DNA of 64,000 nt from Mobula birostris (Eukaryota), in NCBI RefSeq assembly GCF_030028105.1, contig NC_092370.1, forward strand, positions 65,645,638-65,709,637, written 5' to 3'. Below are positions 47,350 through 61,420 of the stretch, in pieces. Position 1 is the first letter of the stretch. Every line of letters starts with the position of its first letter. A program made the translations under genes and the position numbers. The notes under the pieces are model-generated. The model was not told the DNA's origin. It saw nothing but the letters and a program-made list of their open reading frames with translations, and searched no databases.

Positions 47350-49030
47350 GAATGGATGAGGACAGTTGGGAGCTTAACATCCAAGGATACACATTGTTTT
47401 GAAAGCACAGGCAGGTAGGCAGAAGGGTTTGGGTGACAAACCAAACACTTAGGATCAGAAGATTTAGAATCCTTGTGGGCAGAGTTTAGAAACTGCAAGG
47501 GTAAAAATACCCTGATGGGAACTATATATAGGCCTTCAAACAATAGCCTGGATATGGGCTGCAACTTAGAGTGAGAGACAGGCAAAGCATGTGAAAAGAG
47601 CAATGTAACAATAGTGATGGGGGATTTCAACATGCAGATAGATTGGGAATATCCAGCTGGTTCTGGATCCTAAGAAAGAAGATTTGTAGAATGGCAATGA
47701 AATGGCTTTTTAGAGCAGCTTGTGGTTGGGTCTGCTAAGGGAATGACAAACCTGGAGTGGGTAATGACCCAGAGTGAATTACAAGGCTTAAGATAAAGGA
47801 GATAGTGATCATAATATGACAGAATTCACCCCGCACTTTCAGAAAGAACAGCTAAAATCAGAAATAATAGTATTACAGTGGAGTAAAGGGAATTACAGGG
47901 CATGAGAGAGGAGCTGGCCAGAGTTGATTGGAAAGGGACACTAGCAGGTATGATGGTAGAAAAGCAATGGCTGGTGTTACTGGAAGCAATTCAGAAGGTG
48001 CAGGAAAGGTACATCACAAAGATAAAGAAGTATTCTAACGGGAGAATGAGGCAACTGTGGCTGACAGGGGAAGTCAATGACAGCAGAAAAGCAAAAGAGA
48101 AGGCATATAATACAGCAAAAATTATTGGGATGTTAGAGGATCTGTAAACTTTTAAAAACCAACAGAAGGCAACTAAAAAAGCCGTGAGGATAGAAAAGAG
48201 AAAATATGAAGGTAAGCAAGCTAATAATATAAAAGATACAAGTAGCTTTTTCAGATATACTGTATAAGCAGTAAAAAGAGATGAGTGTGAATATGGGACC
48301 ACAGGAAAATGACACCAGAGAGATAGTAATGGAGGACAACGAAATAGCAGAGAAACATAATAAGTATTTTTTATCAGGCTTCACTGTGGAAGACACTAGT
48401 AGTATGCCAGAAATGCGAGAGTGTCGGGACAGAAGTGAGTGTCGTTGTTATTACTAAGGAAGCTGAAAATTCTGAAGGTAGAGAAATCACTTGGACCAGA
48501 TGGACCACACCACAGCGTTCTGAAAGAGGTAGCTGAAGAGATCATAGAGACATTAGTACAGAGCTTTCAAGAATCACTAGATTCTGCAGTGATTTCTGAG
48601 AACCAGAAAACCGCAAATGCCACCCTACTTTTTGGGAAAGGAGGGATGCAGAAGAAAGGAAATTATAGACCAGTTAGCCTGACTTCAGTGGTTGGAAAGA
48701 TGCTGGAATCTATTATTAAAGATAAGGTTTCAGGATGCTTGGAAGCATGTAATAAAAAAAGCCCAAGTCAACATGGTTTTCTAAAGGGAAAATCTTCCCT
48801 GACAAATTTGTTGGTATTCTTTGAGAAAATGACAGGCATAGACAGCTGTGTAGGCCAAATTATTGGGTATATTTAAGAAAGAAGTTGATAGGTTCTTGAT
48901 TAATCAGGCCATCAAAGGTAATGGGGAGAAGGCAAGAGAATGAGGTTGAAAGGGAAAATAAATCAAACATGATTTAATGGCGCAGTAGACTCAATAGGCC
49001 AAATGGACTAATTCTGCTCATAGGTCTTCC
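47350..49030 (+). mobile_element. Degraded CR1 LINE (EN to RT start, internally deleted, then 3' end)
   Basis: GTIYRPSN, VMGDFN, NYRPVSLTSVVGKMLES; jumps at ~48845 to the 3' terminal region. Confidence 0.85.
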
Positions 49031-49862
49031 AATCAAAGGGAGGAACAATACATAACGGGACATGTCAAAGCTGTGAAATGTTGATCAGTGTTGTTCAAAT
49101 GTGTTGGTAAAAGAAAATGCCCAGCAGATCAAGCAGTATCTATGGAGACAGGAACACGAAGGTATGATTGTTGAATAACCTTAAAGTAGAGCCGGCCAGC
49201 TCTTACACAAAGAGAAAAAGTGAGTTATATTGATTTCCAAAGGCTACTAGGTACCTCAACAGAAACTGAGGTGTCATTACTCAACTATATATTGGGCATT
49301 GCTGGAAGAATACAGGAAGCTGTAGCTAGATAATCAAAGTAGAGAAAAGAATTAAAATGCCAGACAACTCGAAACTCAGAGGTTTCAAAGTAGACTGAAC
49401 TCAACGTGCTGTGCATTTTCTTTATTGCACATGTATTTCCATTTTTATACTTGCCATTCAATGAGAGTTCATTTGGTTAACTTCCAAGATGAAAGAGTTG
49501 ATGCTTGAAGAACATCTGGGTTTAGACTTTCGAAGAATAAATTGTAACCTTATGGAAGCATAGAAGGAATCCAAAAGGGTTTGACAAGATGAGTGTCATG
49601 AAGATGTTTATCTCTTAGGAGTATATTGAACAATGGATAAGCTCAAAGTATAATTTGATTTACTCCAATCCCTGTCTCGTATACACTTCCAATATTTTTG
49701 TACATACTTAAATTCCCAAAGTATGAGAAGGCTGATGATTAAAAATTCATCTCACTATTGCAATTCCTATAACATTTTCTCCTAGATATCCTGAATATTT
49801 TACCAAGATCCACATTAACATTTAAATGTGTTTGAAAAATACTGAGCAGTATTTAATTTTAG

Positions 49863-52800
49863 ATCATAAGCTATAAGAGCAGAATTAGGTAATTTGGCCC
49901 ATGAAGTCTGCTCCACCACTTAATCATGGCTGATTTATTTTCCTTCTCAACACCATTCTCCTGCCTTTTCCTTGTAACCTCTGTTGTCCTTACTAATCAA
50001 GAACCTATTAACTTCCACAATAAATTCCAAAAATTCTTCAACCACTGACTGTAGAAATTCCACCCCCCCCCCCCAATCTCTGTTCTAAAGGGATGTCCTT
50101 CTTTTCTGAGGCTGTGCCTTCTGGTCCTAGCCTTTTCCATTATTGGAAGCATTTTTCCACATCCACTCAATCTACGCCTTTCAATATTCAATAGGTTTCA
50201 ATGAAATTATCCCCTCCCTGCATTCCTCTAAATTCCAGGCTGTACAGGCCTAGAGCCATCAAACACTCTGCATACGCTAACCATTTCATTCCAGGGATTA
50301 TTCTTATAAACCTTTGTTATCCAAATTATTGACATATAACATGAAAAGAAGTGGCCTCAACACCAATCCCTGCAGGACTAATAGCCGGCAGACAACCAGA
50401 AAAAGATCCCTTTGTTCCTATTATTTGCCTTCTGTCAGATGGCCCATCTTCTATCAATGCTAGTATCTTTCCTGTAATACCATGGGCTCTTATCTTGTTT
50501 GGCAACCTCATGTACAGCAGTTTGTCAGACCTTCTGAAAATCTGAGTAAACAACATCCACTGACTCTCCATTGTCTATCCTGCCTGTTATTTCCTCAAAG
50601 AATTCTAACAGATTTGTCAGCAAGATTTCCCCTCAGGGAAACTAGCTCAAATAGACTGGCAAATGATACTTAAAAGGTTGATGGTGGATATGCAATGGCA
50701 AGCATTTAAAGATCGCATAGATAAACTACAACAATTGTTTATCCCAGTTTGGCAAAAGAATAAACCAAAGAAGGTAGTGCACTCGTGGCTGACAAGGGAA
50801 ATTAGGGATAGTATCAATTCCAAAGAAGAAACATACAAATTAGCCAGAAAAAGCGGCACACCTGAGGACTGGGAGAAATTCAGAGTCCAGCAGAGGAGGA
50901 CAAAGGGCTTAATTAGGAAAGGGAAAAAAAGATTATGAAAGAAAACTAGCAGGGAACATAAAAACTGACTGTAAAAGTTTTCATAGATATGTGAAAAGAA
51001 AAAGATTGGTTAAGACAAATGTAGGTCCCTTACAATCAGAAACAGGCCAATTGATCATGGGGAACAAGGACATGGCAGACCAATTGAATAAATACTTTGG
51101 TTCTGTCTTCACTAAGGAGGACATAAATAATCTTCCAGAAATAGTAGGGGACCGATGGTCTAGTGAGATGGAGGAACTGAGGGAAATACATGTAAGTAGG
51201 GTAGTGGTGTTAGGTAAATTGAAGGGATTGAAGGGAGATAAATCCCCAGGGCCAGATGGTCTGCATCCCAGAGTGCTTAAGGAAGTAGCTCAAGAACTAG
51301 TGGATGCATTAGTGATAATTTTTCAAAACTCTTTAGATTCTGGACTAGTTCCTGAGGATTGGAGGGTTGCTAATGTAACCCCACTTTTTAAAAAAGGAGG
51401 GAGAGAGAAACCGGGGAATTATAGACCGGTTAGCCTAACATCGGTGGTGGGGAAAATGCTGGAGTCAGTTATCAAAGATGTGATAACAGCACATTTGGAA
51501 AGCGGTGAAATCATCGGACAAAGTCAGCATGGATTTGTGAAAGGAAAATCATGTCTGACGAATCTAATAGAATTTTTTGAGGATGTAACTAGTAGAGTGG
51601 ATAGGGGAGAACCAGTAAATGTGGTATATTTGGATTTTCAAAAGGCTTTTGACAAGGTCCCACACAGGAGATTAGTGTGCAAACTTAAAGCACACGGTAT
51701 TGGGGGTAAGGTATTGATGTGGATAGAGAATTGGTTGGCAGACAGGAAGCAAAGAGTGGGAATAAACGGGACCTTATCAGAATGGCAGGCAGTGACTAGT
51801 GGGGTACCGCAAGGCTCAGTGCTGGGACCCCAGTTGTTTACAATATAAATGACTTAGACGAGGGAACTAAATGCAGCATCTCCAAGTTTGCCGATGACAC
51901 AAAGCTGGGTGGTAGTGTTAGCTGTGAGGAGGATGCTAAGAGGATGCAGGGTGACTTGGATAGGTTAGGTGAGTGGGCAAATTCATGGCAGATGCAAATT
52001 AATGTGGATAAATATGAGGTTATCCACTTTGGTGGCAAAAACAGGAAAACAGATTATTATCTGAATGGTGGCCGACTAGGAAAAGGGGAGGTGCCATGAG
52101 ACCTGGGTGTCATTGTATACTAGTCATCGAAAGTGGGCATGCAGGTACAGCAGACGGTGAAAAAGGCGAATGGTATGCTGGCATTCATAGCAAGAGGATT
52201 CGAGTACAGGAGCAGGGAGGTACTACTGCAGTTGTACAAGGCCTTGGTGAGACCACACCTGGAGTATTGTGTGCAGTTTTGGTCCCCTAATGTGAGGAAA
52301 GACATTCTTGCCATAGAGGGAGTACAAAGGAGGTTCACCAGATTGATTCCTGGGATGGCAGGACTTTCATATGATGAAAGACTGGATTGACTAGGCTTAT
52401 ACTCGCTGTAATTTAGAAGATTGAGGGGAATCTTATTGAAACGTATAAAATCCTAAAGGGATTGGACAGGCTAGATGCAGGAAGATTGTTCCCGATGTTG
52501 GGGAAGTCCAGAACGAGGGGTCACAGTTTGAGGATAAAGGGGAAGCCTTTTAGGACCGAGATGAGGAAAAACTTCTTCACACAGAGAGTGGTGAATCTGT
52601 GGAATTCTCTACTACAGGAAACAGTTGAGGCCAGTTCATTGGCTTTATTTAAGAGGAAGTTAGATATGGCCCTTGTGGCTAAGGGAATCAGGGGATATGG
52701 AGAGAAGGCAGGTACAGGGTTCTGAGTTGGATGATCAGCCATGATCATACTGAATGGCAGTGCAGGCTAGAAGGGCTGAATGACCTACTCCTGCACCTAT

Positions 52801-53635
52801 TTTCTATGTTTCTATGTTCTCTATGCTGACTCCTGGCCTATGTTATTGTGTGCCTCCAAGTACCCCAAAACCTGATTCTTAATAATGGACTCTAGCATCT
52901 TGTCAACACTAAATTCAAGCTATCTGGCCTATAATTTTCCATTTTTGCCTCCCTTCCTTCCTAGAAAGAGGAATGATAGTTGTAATTTTCAAGTTATCCA
53001 GAAACATTCCAGAATCTAGTGATTTTTGAAAAATCACTACTAATGCCTCCACAGTTTCTTCAGATGCCTTTCAGAAAGCTGGTGTCAAGCTGGTCCAGGT
53101 GACTTATCTACCTTCTGGCCTTATGGCTTCCCAGGCACCTTCTCCTTAATAATAGCAACAAACTCACTCCTCCACCCACCCCCCCCCCCCACCAATTGAT
53201 ACTTTTAAGTTTTGGGCACACCGTTGATAACTTCCACAGTGAAGACTGACACAAAATACTTCTTCAGTTCATTTGCCATATCTGTTTTCCACATTACAAC
53301 ATCTCCACCATCATGTTCCAGCAACCCAATTTCCATTCTTATCATTCTTTTACACTTTATATACAATATCTGAAAAACTCTTGGTATCTTTTTTCATATT
53401 ATTAGCTAGCTTATCTTTATATTTCATCTTTTCTCTCCTTTTTTTTAGTTGCCTTCTGTTGGTTTCTAAAAGCTTCTCACTCACCTCTGCTATATTGTCT
53501 GCCTTCTCTTGCTTTTATGCTGTCTTTGACTTCCTTTGTCATCCACGGTTGCCTCATCCTCCCTTTAGAATGCTTCTTCATCTTAGAGATGAACCAGTCT
53601 TGCATTCTCCAAGTTACTCCCGTAAACTCCAGTCA
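49863..53635 (-). mobile_element. Older CR1 LINE (49863-50644 and 52821-53635) split by a younger CR1
   Basis: Host phrase gatttcccctcagggaaa|ctatgctgac is continuous across the insert. Confidence 0.8.
50645..52820 (+). mobile_element. CR1 LINE, 5'-truncated, relatively young
   Basis: ORFs 50663-50938, 50991-51848, 52133-52390 and 52462-52725 (YLDFQKAFDKV, GVPQGSVLGP, KFADDTK); (tttctatg)n tail. Confidence 0.95.
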
Positions 53636-54324
53636 CCATTAAAACTATGATGTTAGAAGTCATTTGCTTCATGAATTATTCCTAGCATAATTACAAGTGT
53701 TATTTTCACATTTTGTTTCTTTTGTCTAAGTTCACCATTCATTATGTAGTGACCACATTCATTAGTTTTGCATTGACCTATTATTTTAAGTATGGCACAT
53801 TTGTAAATGTCATGCAGGCTGTTAATAACTGCCTCCAATGTCTGAAAACACAAAGCTCCAATAAAGAGTTTGCAAATTTAAATAGAGACTAATTAACAAT
53901 TGCTATTTGTTCATCAAGAAAATAGTTTGAATATCCATGCAAGGCACTTGTGTTTGTTTCTTTATTCCAAATTATCCTATGTTCATTTTATGTATCTGCA
54001 ACACTTGTATTCTGTTCAACACAGAATATTTTTTTTCCTGATCTGATATGGGAATCATGTCTGAAAGTCAAAACTTTGGAATCCCATCAGAAATTATTCA
54101 TTCAGAAGTGATAAAAGGTCATCACCCAAAAATATTACTTGTTTTCTCTTTCACCTGACCTGCTTTCATTTTAGATTTCCATCATACATTGTATTTTCCA
54201 AATGCTTAGTTGCAGTTTATGTACTTGCCTTTTAAGAGCATGACATAATGTACTCCGAATTCCTACAGCACTGTGATGTAGGAAAAGAAATTCAGATATA
54301 TCAAGATCACAGAGTGAGATTTAG

Positions 54325-55360
54325 AGGCATAGAAAAGTACAGCAGAGAAGCAGGCCCAATGCTCCATCTGGTCTGTGCCAAAACATTTAGCTCCATCGAC
54401 CTGTACCCTCCATTCCTTACCGTCCATATACCTATCCAAACATCTCTTAAACATTGAAATCGAACGTGCATGCACGATTTGCACAGGCAGCTTGTTCCAC
54501 ACTCTCATGAGCTTCTGAGTGAAGATATTTCCCAACATATTCCTCTTACACATTTTACCTTTCACCCTTGACACACGACCTCTAGTTGTAGTCACACTCA
54601 TCCCCAGTGGAAAAAGTAGGCTTGCATTTAACTTATCTATACATCTCATAATTTTGTATTCCAAATCTCCCCTCAGTCTTAAATGTTCCAGGGAATAAAG
54701 TCCAAACTTATTCCTTCAATCTTTCCTTATATCTCAGGTCCTCCTGGTCTTGGCAACATCGTTGTCGATTTTCTCTGTACTCTTTCAACCTTATTTGCAT
54801 CTTCCCTGTAGGTAGAAGACCACGACTGTACACAATGCCCCAAATTAGGCTTTACCAACATTGTGTACAACTTCAATGTAATATCCCAAGTCCTGCTTTG
54901 ATTTCTTAAGGCCAATCTGCCAAAAGCTTTCTTTCCAACCCTACTTTTGAATTCTGGACCTGTATTCCCAGAGCCCTTTGTTCAATGGCACTCTTCAGTG
55001 TCCTACCATTTGTTGCGTTAGAGCTACCGTGGTTGGTCCTGCTGAAGTGCAACATCTCGCACTTGTCTGCATTAAATTCCATCTGCCATTTTTCAGCCCA
55101 CTTTTCCAGCTGGTCCTGATCCCACTGCAGTGGGTAGTGTTTCTTGCTGTCCACCACACCCCCAATCTTGGTGTCATCTGCAAATTTGCTGATCCAGTTA
55201 ACCACATTATCATCTAGATCATTGATAGAGATGACAAACCACAACGAACCCAGTACCGAACCCTGCAGCATACCACTAGTCACAGGCCTCCAGTCAGAGA
55301 GGCAACCCTTGACTACCACTCTCTGGCTTCTCCCACAAAGCCAATATCTAATCCAATATG
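54325..55360 (-). mobile_element. CR1 LINE 3' fragment, same subfamily as 14381-16868
   Basis: WRPVTSG...INDLDDNVVNWISKFADDTKIGG (ORF 54906-55319). Confidence 0.9.
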
Positions 55361-55574
55361 TGAGAAATGCCTTGCCTTCCTAGGTATTGAAATCTTCTAG
55401 TGTTTGAATATCTGCCTGGCCCATATTTTCTTTTTTTTTATCCTTTTTTCTGATTTATTATGTTCCCATTAATGTTGTATTTATTCTACATGCCTTTAAA
55501 AATAATTAAATAACACACTTTGTACTTTCTGAACTGATCTTGATTGGTTGGTTTGATGCCAACAATGGAGCTGC

Positions 55575-55680
55575 TCCATCTATCTTCTGTGAGGATGTGA
55601 AAGTGCCAATGTCGTTATTTGAAGAAGAGCAACAGAATTCTCATCCCTTGGCTGATGAGTATACTTCAACCCACAACTAC
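55575..55680 (+). mobile_element. Possible Deu-domain SINE remnant (SacSINE1/AmnSINE1-like)
   Basis: ggatgtgaaagtgccaatgtcgttatttgaagaagagca...ttctc...ctggc resembles the Deu core as recalled; compared by eye only. Confidence 0.4.
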
Positions 55681-55839
55681 AAGGTAATCTTGGCTGAGGA
55701 TCCAGGAATTAGGATAGCAGTGAAAGAGTATTAGCTCCAGAGTGTGAATTGAGCTGGAGCCAACAGAGCAAGCCACAAAGCAAGAACAACAATATCTTGA
55801 GTTTGGAGTTTACAAAGATGTAGATGAGCATCACAGCAT

Positions 55840-56200
55840 TAGTTCAAAGTTCAAAGTTAATTTATCATCAAAGTATATATATGTCACCATATATGACCCA
55901 GAGGTTCATTTTCTTGCAGGCATTCACATTAAATACAAAGAAATACAATAGAATCAATGAAAGACTGCAAGTAAAACCAAAATGGAAAAGACAACAAACT
56001 GTGCAAATACAAAACAAAAAGAAAAAGTAATAAATAAGCATTAAATATCGAAAACAGGAGGTGAAGAATCTTTGAAAGTGAGTCCTTAGGTTGTGGGATC
56101 TGTTCAGTGATGGGGCAGGTGAAGTTGAATGAAGTTATCCCTCTGGTTCAAGAGCTTGATGGTTAAGGGTAAATAACTGTTCCTGAAGCTGGTGGGGTGT
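55840..56200 (-). mobile_element. Rex1/Babar 3'UTR fragment
   Basis: gttcaaagttcaaagttaatttat tail; gttcaagagcttgatggtt...aataactgttcctgaa. Confidence 0.7.
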
Positions 56201-57187
56201 AAGGTTTCAATTTCATCTAACCAAAGAGGCTTGGATTAACAGAAGATCCAGAATCAAAGTACTTTTATCCCTGTTATCAATGTGTGCTCTGATGTTGGAC
56301 TTGCATTGGGAACCAGTACAGTCACAAATGCTGAGACTACCAAAAATGTCACTTGCATTCACAAAATACCTTGCACATCTTTATGTTGATAATTCCATTG
56401 TACTTCAGCAGAATTTTCAAAATAAATTTTGAACTCTTGACCAGCTGCAACATTATAGGCCTTTTCTGATTATTTACTTAATTAAACAACTCGGGTTAAT
56501 ATGAAAAAAATGTGGATTTTTTTACTGAAATAAATGCCAGTAATGTAACCAGAAATGGGCTTGCTGCTTTGAATGAGCTTGACAGACAGGATCAAAAGTG
56601 TGTGGCAACCCGTAGATGGATTAAACAGTGGGGAGTAATAAAATGGACTGATGCACTCAATGTACCAACAAAGCCTGGAGAAAGGAATAGGAAATGATTG
56701 GGTTCCCTAAGGCAACACCATGCTCAATTCTGTATGACAATGAAAGGCTGCACTATTCATTATCTCTGATTGCTAATTACCCCTCTGAATGATTCAGCTG
56801 TGTCTGCTGCTGGATAATTAGCTTAGGAATTTATAGTTACAGTTCAGAACAGTGTTTCCATTGCAAAGATTCTTGATATCTGATTTTAAAATATTCTTCT
56901 TTTCTTTCCTGCTTCAATTAACCCTTTAAATCAATCACATTTCTATGGTGACTCCCGGCCAGTCAGTCGGATGTCCTGAACTGATTTTAAAATTCATTTC
57001 CCAAATCATGTTTCCATTTCAAAAGTTAATCAATCGTTATTGAAAATTGATAGCTACTTGCTGAAATTATATCTTTGACTAGTTTGGAGAGGCAAGGAAG
57101 GAATATTTTTAGATTGTATGTTTAAGAGAACGAGCTGTATATTTGCCAGAGTCTGTTCCCAATTTAAGCAATTATAGTCATAAAATA

Positions 57188-59632
57188 TTTCAACATACAG
57201 GTCAATTTAGAAAATCAGATTGGAAGTGGATCCCAAGAGAGTGAGTTTGATGAATGCCTATGAGATGGCTTTTTAGAGCAGTTTGTTGTTGAGCCTACCA
57301 GCTATACTGGATTGGGTGTTATGTAATGAACCGGAGGTGATTAGGGAGCTTATGATAAAAGAACATTCAGGAGGCAGTGATCACAATATGATTGGGTTCA
57401 ACTGAATATTTGTTAAGGAGAAAGTAAAGTCTGATGTAGCATTATTTCATTTTAGTAAAGGAAATTACAGTGGTGTGAGAGAGGAATTGGCCAAAGTAAG
57501 TTGGAAGGATACGCTGGCAGGGATGACAGCGGATCAGTAAAATGGCATGAGTTTCTGGGAAAAATCATGAAGGTGCAGGATAGATGTATTCCAAAAACAA
57601 AGAAAACCTCAAATGGCAAAATGGTCACCGTGACTGACAAGGGAACTCATAGCTAATGTAAAGGCAAAGGCGAGGGCATACAACAAAGCAAAAATTAGTG
57701 GGAAGACAGGGGATTGGAAAGCTTTAAAAACCTACAGAAAGCAACAAAAAGAATCATTGGGGGAAAAGATAAAATATGAAAGCAACCTAGCAAACAATAT
57801 CAAAGTAAATAGTAAAAGCTTTTTCAAGTATATAAAAAATAAGAGAGATGAGAATGGATATAGGACCATTAAAAAATGAGGCCAGAGAAATAATAATGGG
57901 AGTCAAGGAGATGGCAGATGAACTAAATGAGTATATTGCATCAATCTTCACTGTGGAAGACACCAGCAGTGTGCCAGATGTTGAAGGGTGTGAGGGAAGA
58001 GAAGAGAGTGTTGTTACTATTACAAGGGAGAATGTGCTCAAAAAGCTAAAAGACCTAAAGTTACATAAGTCACCCAGGCCAGATGAAGTGTACCCTAGGG
58101 TTCTGAAAGAGGTGGTGGTAGAGATTGTGAGGCATTAAAAATGATCTTTCAAAAATCATTGGACTCTGGCATGGTGCCAGAGGACTGGAAAATTGCAAAT
58201 GTCACTCCACTCTTTAAGAAAGGAGGCAAGCAGCAGAAAGGAAATTATAGACCAGTTAGCCTGACCCCTCAATGGTTGGGAAGATGTTAGTCAATTGTTA
58301 ATGATGAGACAATGGAGTATTTGGTGACATCGGACAAGACAGGTCAAAATCAACATTGTTTCCTTAAGGGAAGATCTTGCCAGACAAAACTGTTAGAATT
58401 CTTTGAGGAGATTACACATAAGACAGAAAAAGAGGATGCAGCAGAATTTGTATATTTGGACTTTCAGAAGGCCTTTGACAAGGTGCTACACATGAGGCTG
58501 CTTAGCACATTAAGAACCCATGGTATTACAGGAAAGTTACTAACTTGGTTAGAGCATTGGTTGATTGGTAGGAGGCAGCGAGTGGGAATAAAAGGATCCT
58601 GGACTGGTTGGCTGCCAGTGACTAGTGGTGTTCTGCAGGGGCTGGTGATGGGACTGCTTCATTTTATGCTGTACCTCAATGATTTAGATGATGGAATAGA
58701 TAGCTTTGTTGTCAAGTTTGCAGATGATACGAAGATGGGTGGAGGAGCAGGTAGTTTTGAGGAAACAGATAGGCTGCAGAAGGACTTAGATTAGGAGAAT
58801 GGGAAAGAGAGTGGCAAATTAAATACAATGCTGGAAAATGCATGATCATGCACGTTGGTAGAAGAAATAAATGTGCAGGCTATTTTCTAAACGGGGAGAA
58901 AATCCAAAAATTGGAGATGCAAATGGACTTGGGAGTCTTTGTGCAGAACTCCCTAAAGATTAACTTTAGAGTTGGTGGCGAGGAAGACAAATGCAATATT
59001 AGCATTCATTTCAAGAGGTCTTGGATACAAGTGTGGAATATGATGCTGAGGGTTTATAAGACACTGTTGAGGCCTGACCTTGAGTATTGTGAACAGTTTT
59101 GGGCTCCTCATCTAAGAAAAGATTTGCTGGCACTGGAGAGTGTTCAGAGGAGGTTCACAAATATAATTCCGGGAATGAAAGGGTTATCATACGAGGAATG
59201 TTTGATGGTTCTGGGTCTGTAATAACTGAAATTTAGAAAGATGAAGGAGGATCTCATTGAAACCTCTCAAATGTTGAAAGGCCTAGACAGAGAAGATGTG
59301 GAAAGGATGTTTCCCATGATTGGTGAGTCTAGAACAAGAGGGTATGGTCTCAGGATAGAAGGGCATCCATTTAAAACAGAGATGAGGAGAAATTTCTTTT
59401 AGCCAGAGGGTAGTGAATTTCAGTAATTTATTACCACAGGCAGCTGTGGAGGCCATATTGTTGGGTTTACTTAAGGCAGAGCTTGGTCGGTTCTTGATTG
59501 GACATGGCATCAAATGTTACAGGGAGAAGGCTGTGGAGTGAGGCTGAGAAGGATAGAAAAGAATCAGCCATGAATGAATGGTAGAGCAGACTCGATGGGC
59601 CAAATGACCTAATACTGCTCCTATGTCTTATT
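57188..59632 (+). mobile_element. CR1 LINE, 5'-truncated, degraded
   Basis: SDHNM, NYRPVSLT, YLDFQKAFDKV, VKFADDTK, LLRPDLEYCEQFWAP; 3' terminal motif ctgctcctatgtctta. Confidence 0.93.
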
Positions 59633-60435
59633 ATTATTGAAGCCTACTGGATAAAAATGTGTGGCCACTTGATGATGGGCTTAACATCAAAAATGTGAAC
59701 AATTGTAAAGTGACCCAACGCAATCCAGAAACAAGGCAAAAGCAGAATGTTTTAAAGGGAGCAAGACGGGAAAGTTGTTCCCACAAAGGGTCATGGTTAT
59801 GTGGAATGAGTTGTCAGAGGCAGTGACAGAGCTGGGTACAATTTCAACTTTTAAAAGACATTGGGCAGGTACACAGATGAGAAATTATAGAAGGATTTAG
59901 ATGAAACACTGGGAAATATGACTAATTCTGGTAGAAAACTTGGTTGTCATGGATGAGTTGCTTTCAAAACCAGACTTCTTCAATATCTATCAGGTAGGAG
60001 ACATGGTCCACTCTGTTTGGCTTTGCCTACATGTGACTGCATTTCCACAGGGAAGAATTGGCCAACTATAAAGAAGTTGACATTCCTTCACATACTGCAA
60101 AGAAGTAAAGATCACCAGTAAAGCAGATTCATTATCATCTTCTCAAATGCAATTGGGAATAATCAATAAAAACAGCTTATCTAGCCGTCTACATTCCCAG
60201 AAATTCTACATTTCACCACAAAACAGTTGTTTGGTAGAGATGGGGAAATCCCTGTTTCTGGTAAAGTTTTACATGTCGAAAATGGCAGAAAAACAGCATA
60301 TAAACCAGATATTTGTAATGTAGAATCTATTAAGTAGAGCCTTTACTTCACTTTAGCATTTGTGATATTCTGTTTGTATGTGCTCAGTCATAACCAGAAA
60401 ATCAGAAACACTGATATCAGATGAATCTCCTAACC

Positions 60436-60830
60436 TGAGCAACACACACAAAATGTTGCAGGAACTCAGTAGCCAGACACCATCAATAGAGACAAATATG
60501 CAGTGTTCTGGCTAAGGCCCTTCATCAGGACTGGAAAGGAAGGGCAGAAGCCAGAATAAGAAGGTGAAGGGAGGGGAGGAATACATGCTGCCAGATGATA
60601 GGTGAAATCAGGTGAGGGGATGGGTAGGTTGGTTGGGAAGGGGGATAAAGTGCAAAGCTACATGAAAGAAATAAAAGGGTTAAGAAGAAGGAATCAGATA
60701 GGAGAGGACAAAGGAATAAAAGGAAGGAAGTGGGGAACCAGAGGGAAGTGATGAGCAGGTTGTGAAGTTGGGGAAAGAGGAGAGAAAGCATAAGAAGGCC
60801 ACCAGAATACAATAAAAAGGGTAAGGGTGA
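60436..60830 (-). mobile_element. Penelope-like 3'UTR and pLTR with partly deleted hammerhead
   Basis: Minus ccagtc-CTGATGA-AGGGCCTTAGCCA-GAACACTG; purine-rich block homologous to 30280-30590. Confidence 0.75.
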
Positions 60831-60834
60831 ATGG

Positions 60835-61420
60835 CAACCTTTCAGCCCTTTGTTTATCAAAAATATATCTCCTTCTGTTTTAAGAATGTTCAATAGCCCT
60901 TTGAGAGAAAAAGCCTCCATTTCTACCCTAACTGAGCAATGTGTTAGATCTAAACAACTATTTTCAGATCTACCCAGAAAAGAAAACATTCTCTCCACAT
61001 CAGTTCTGTCATTTACCCTCAGGAGCTTGTATCTTTCATCCAAGTACCCTCTCACTCCTCTAAACTGCTGCATATACAAACCCAGCTTGTTGACTCTTTC
61101 TTCATGAGACAAGCCACCAATTCTAGGTATTATGCCAGAAATTCTCTGAGCTGTTTCTAATGTATTAACATTCATGCTTAAATAACAAGACCAATACAGT
61201 ATATGACATTCCATTTGTGATCCCACCGATGTTCTATATAACATAAGTGGAATATCCCTGCCTACATATTCAATTACTCGAGCAATAAAAAGTAAAATTT
61301 TGATATCTTTCACAATCACTGTCTGTACTTACATATCAGCCTTCTATGAATTATACATTAGGACACCAAGACTCCTCTCCAACTCAGAGCTTTCTAATCT
61401 CTCAACAGTCTACTCACATG
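60835..61420 (-). mobile_element. Old CR1 LINE 3' fragment
   Basis: FIARVIEY...LYRTSVGSQMEC...GLSHEERVNKLGLY (ORF 60525-61319). Confidence 0.75.
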
